A stretch of DNA of 64,000 nt, taken from positions 288,001-352,000 of the forward strand of contig JBIJDH010000003.1 in assembly GCA_044344255.1 (NCBI GenBank), in the 5' to 3' direction. This stretch comes from Myxococcota bacterium. GTDB taxonomy: Bacteria > Myxococcota_A > UBA796 > UBA2385. Positions 61,113 to 64,000 of this stretch are shown here, piece by piece. The translations under genes were made by a program, and so were the position numbers. Within the stretch, counting starts at the first letter, position 1, and each line of letters begins with the position of its first letter. Below the pieces are notes generated by a model, which made no database searches, was not told the DNA's origin, and saw only the letters and a program-made list of their open reading frames with translations.

Positions 61113-62420
61113 CTACTCGGGGCCGGGAGCGCCGCCGCAGAACTCGTTACCGCCGATCTCCGCGTTGCCGCGGATCTCCGCCTCAAGATCGTCATAGGCC
61201 TTCGTGTCTTCGCGGATCTTCAAGGTCTTGAACTTGCCAGTCAGCACGAAGCGGGAGCTGGAGTCCACGCCCTGCATGTAGATCTGGTAGTCGCCCTCGA
61301 CCTCACCGCCGGCCTCCATCTTGCTCCCGTTCTTCACGCGGACCCAGGAGTGCTGCTGCTCCACCCAACCGTCGAGGCCGTCGAAGCTGCCGGGGAAGTC
61401 GGAGACCGGGCGCCAGAGGTTGTCTTCCACCTTGTTGGTGAAGCGCCAGCTCGGATCAGCGGCGTCCCCGAGGTAAGCGCCGGCGATCTCGGTCATCTCG
61501 CGGCTCTGGAGGAGCGCGGCAGCCTGGGTGGTGGCGATGACGTCGAGGTAAGCGTCGTAGTCCACCGCGGAGTGGTCTTCGACCGCGTTGAAGTAGTCGG
61601 GCGGGATGGTGTAGCCCTCGTCGCCCCCGAACTTCGTATAGCCGACGCCAGAGATCCACTCGGCGGGGAGGTACCAGTACACGCCATCGTCCACGGGATC
61701 GGGCTGAGCGGCGCCGGCGTTGAGGTAGTAGATGGTGTAGCCGTCTTCGTCAGCGGAGTATTCGTCCTCCCAGCGCGCGTCGTCGATGTACTCGATGCGG
61801 GCCTCGCCAGACTCGTCGGTGACACACTCGATCGGCGCGTAGTCCGAGCTGATCACGAACTGAAAGCGCATGTCCTGGCCGTTGCCGAGGTCATGGTGGA
61901 CGGCGAGCTGGAGGTCGCCTTCGCCGTTCAGGGTGACCCAGCTCCGCCAGGGGTCAAGCTCGCCCTTCATGCCGTAGAAGGAGTCTTCGCCGAGCCAGGA
62001 GACGGTGGAGTCCTTGTTGTTGATCCGCTCGCACTCGGCGTCCATCTCTTCGACGAAGTCGGCGCAATAGGAGGCGAACTCGCCGTTCTCGTCTTCCGGG
62101 CAAGCGCCGCCGATCCACTTGGGATCGCTGAGGTCGTCGCCTTCCCGGGGGCCGACATAGCCGAGATCCCACTCCTGGTCGGTCTTGTTCCAGCCCTTGG
62201 CGCACTCGTAGACCGCCGCTCCCTTCAGGGCCGCGTCCAGGTCGCCGGAGACCACGGAGGGGGACGAGCCGGTGGACAGCCAAGCGAAGAAGTTGCCTTC
62301 GACCTCCGCGTCCTGCGGGTTGCAGCCGCCGAGGGCCAGCGCCATCGTGACCAGCACCATCGAGAGGGGCGCGGTCGGGACCAGGCGGGTGCCGTGCCGG
62401 GAGGGAGCGGGAGAGGCCAT
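61113..62420 (-). CDS. Hypothetical acidic lipoprotein
   Basis: Lipobox LGGC. Strong coding-type codon usage. Confidence 0.75.
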   Translation of the reverse strand: MASPAPSRHGTRLVPTAPLSMVLVTMALALGGCNPQDAEVEGNFFAWLSTGSSPSVVSGDLDAALKGAAVYECAKGWNKTDQEWDLGYVGPREGDDLSDPKWIGGACPEDENGEFASYCADFVEEMDAECERINNKDSTVSWLGEDSFYGMKGELDPWRSWVTLNGEGDLQLAVHHDLGNGQDMRFQFVISSDYAPIECVTDESGEARIEYIDDARWEDEYSADEDGYTIYYLNAGAAQPDPVDDGVYWYLPAEWISGVGYTKFGGDEGYTIPPDYFNAVEDHSAVDYDAYLDVIATTQAAALLQSREMTEIAGAYLGDAADPSWRFTNKVEDNLWRPVSDFPGSFDGLDGWVEQQHSWVRVKNGSKMEAGGEVEGDYQIYMQGVDSSSRFVLTGKFKTLKIREDTKAYDDLEAEIRGNAEIGGNEFCGGAPGPE

Positions 62421-62567
62421 GGTGCGGGCTCCTGGGGTCCGCGCTCCCCGGATGGGCAGGGAGCGGGCGAGCGGATCGGGAGGTCAGGGATCGGAGAGAG
62501 TGCGAGCGTGGCCTTCGATGGACACGTTTCGATGGACAAGGGTGTATACGGCGGCCCCCTCTTTTGG

Positions 62568-63545
62568 TCAAGGACCGGCCACCGCTGTCTCCAGCGCGGC
62601 GCGCACGCCGAGGAGAGGATCCGGAAATCGCCACTGAAAGTCGAGCCCCTTCCTCAGCTTGTCTACCTTCAATCGGCTGGACGCGGTGAAGAGTCGCAGG
62701 CTGTCGGGCGTGAAGCGGGGCGAAGCGCCAAGGCCGGCTTGAATCCGCTCGTTGTTCCGGGCCGCCCAGAATTGGACGTAGCTCGGGATCCAGGTGGACC
62801 AGAAACGAAGGGGGCGACCGCCGACGACCGCGAAGACGGCGGTGTAGAAGTCACGGAGGGGCACGGGGGAAGTGTCGGCGAGGTTGAAGACGGCGCCGTC
62901 GGGCCCCGCCTCGCCCACGCGGAGGAGCCCGGCCACGGCGTCGTCTTCGTGGAGGGTGGGGACGAAGTTTCGGCCCTCGCCGGGCAGCCAGGCCCGGCCC
63001 GCACGGATGCGGTCGGCCTGGACGAAGGGGAAGCCGGCGCCGTAGACCGCGGCGAGGCGGACAATCCGCACCCGCAGGCCGTGGTCGCGGTGGGCCTCGA
63101 GCAAGGCCGCCTCTGCCGCCACCTTGCTGCGCCCATAGGCGGTGTGGGGGAGGGGAGGCATGTCCTCCTCGACCCAGAGGCCAGAGCGGTCGCCGTAGAC
63201 GGCCGCAGAGCTTGTGAAGACCAGGCCCGCCGTCGCCGCGCCGCTCGCGCGTACCGCGTTGATGAGCTGTCGGGTGCCGACGTGGTTGACCTGATCGGCG
63301 GTCTCTGCGCCAGGTCCGCGGATGGCGCCCGCGAGGTGGTAGACCCGCTCGGCGCCACGCAGACCCTCGCGGAGCGCCGGGGCGTCGTCGAGCCGGCCCG
63401 GGTGCGCGCGGCCCCCCGCGGCGCGGATCGCGGCGGCCGCTGCCTCCGATCTGGCGAGCCCCACCACCTCGTCCCCGCGTGCGACGAGGGCACGGGTGAG
63501 GCGCAGGCCGAGGCGTCCGGAGGCCCCGGTCAGGAAGACGCGCAC
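62568..63545 (-). CDS. NAD-dependent epimerase/dehydratase (extended SDR)
   Basis: Motifs TGASGRLG, HLAG, SSAAVYG and YGRSK. Confidence 0.92.
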   Translation of the reverse strand: MRVFLTGASGRLGLRLTRALVARGDEVVGLARSEAAAAAIRAAGGRAHPGRLDDAPALREGLRGAERVYHLAGAIRGPGAETADQVNHVGTRQLINAVRASGAATAGLVFTSSAAVYGDRSGLWVEEDMPPLPHTAYGRSKVAAEAALLEAHRDHGLRVRIVRLAAVYGAGFPFVQADRIRAGRAWLPGEGRNFVPTLHEDDAVAGLLRVGEAGPDGAVFNLADTSPVPLRDFYTAVFAVVGGRPLRFWSTWIPSYVQFWAARNNERIQAGLGASPRFTPDSLRLFTASSRLKVDKLRKGLDFQWRFPDPLLGVRAALETAVAGP

Positions 63546-63552
63546 CGCCGGC

Positions 63553-64000
63553 TTACCAGACGCCGGGGGTGGTGGCGCCGGTCTGGAGGAGGTTGCCGTC
63601 GGGGTCTTGGTAGATGATCTCGGGAATCCCGTCCGCGGTGGTGTCGGCCAACACCGCGGCGCCGAACACCGAACGGTTCGTGTGGAGCACGACCGGCGGG
63701 GTCAAGCTGCCTCCGGCGTTCCGCCAGGCGTAGGTGCGCCCGGTGGCGGCGTCGAGGGCGAGCACGTCGGTCTGGCCGTCTCCATCGACGTCGCCGAGGC
63801 TGAGGCGCCCTTGACCGGCGAGCGTGGTCGTGGCGCCGTCAGCGAGGAGCTGCACCTGGCTCCCCCCGGAGATCACCTCGTCTATGCCGTCCCCGTCGAG
63901 GTCCACGCTGAGCACGTTGCAGCCGGCGTCCGAGCAGCCGAAGACCTCGCCGTCCCCGTCACCGTCGGAGTCGGCGAGGCCGACCCCCTCGACGGCGCTC
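63553..64000 (-). CDS. FG-GAP/VCBS repeat protein (5' part outside the window)
   Basis: Repeats DSDGDG, DLDGDGIDE, DVDGDGQTD and DTTADGIPE. Frame open to the window end. Confidence 0.8.
   Translation of the reverse strand, partial: SAVEGVGLADSDGDGDGEVFGCSDAGCNVLSVDLDGDGIDEVISGGSQVQLLADGATTTLAGQGRLSLGDVDGDGQTDVLALDAATGRTYAWRNAGGSLTPPVVLHTNRSVFGAAVLADTTADGIPEIIYQDPDGNLLQTGATTPGVW

Overview
GC-rich bacterial chromosome segment. Gene content and style (vWA/LTD and MopE-type Cys-rich lipoproteins, GYF_2 protein) suggest Myxococcota/Deltaproteobacteria; this is inference. In order, the window holds: the 3' end of the nuo operon (nuoL-M-N); a five-gene acidic lipoprotein cluster; pyk; a small-HTH/argR/dapC/dapD/GT-C/rhomboid run; a decayed hsdM + DUF559 scar; an oxidative tailoring locus (about 27.1-36.2 kb); a PptH-like phosphoesterase; SMI1/KNR4; tandem-duplicated Cys-rich lipoproteins; a Tat-less molybdoenzyme with a fused FeS-NrfD partner; SxtJ/DUF5989; a gene broken by an in-frame TAG; an oxidoreductase-SelD fusion; an RRM protein with a long Gly/Pro/Arg tail; and murJ followed in frame by a pseudokinase. 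The best candidate for an undescribed system is the tailoring locus. It encodes two WelO5-family Fe(II)/2OG enzymes, one with the halogenase-type H-V-G motif and one with the hydroxylase-type H-S-E motif, interleaved with three radical SAM enzymes, a Rieske oxygenase and two unknown proteins, and no scaffold-forming genes are visible. No rRNA, tRNA or CRISPR array was recognised. All family calls come from motif recognition by eye and were not searched against databases.
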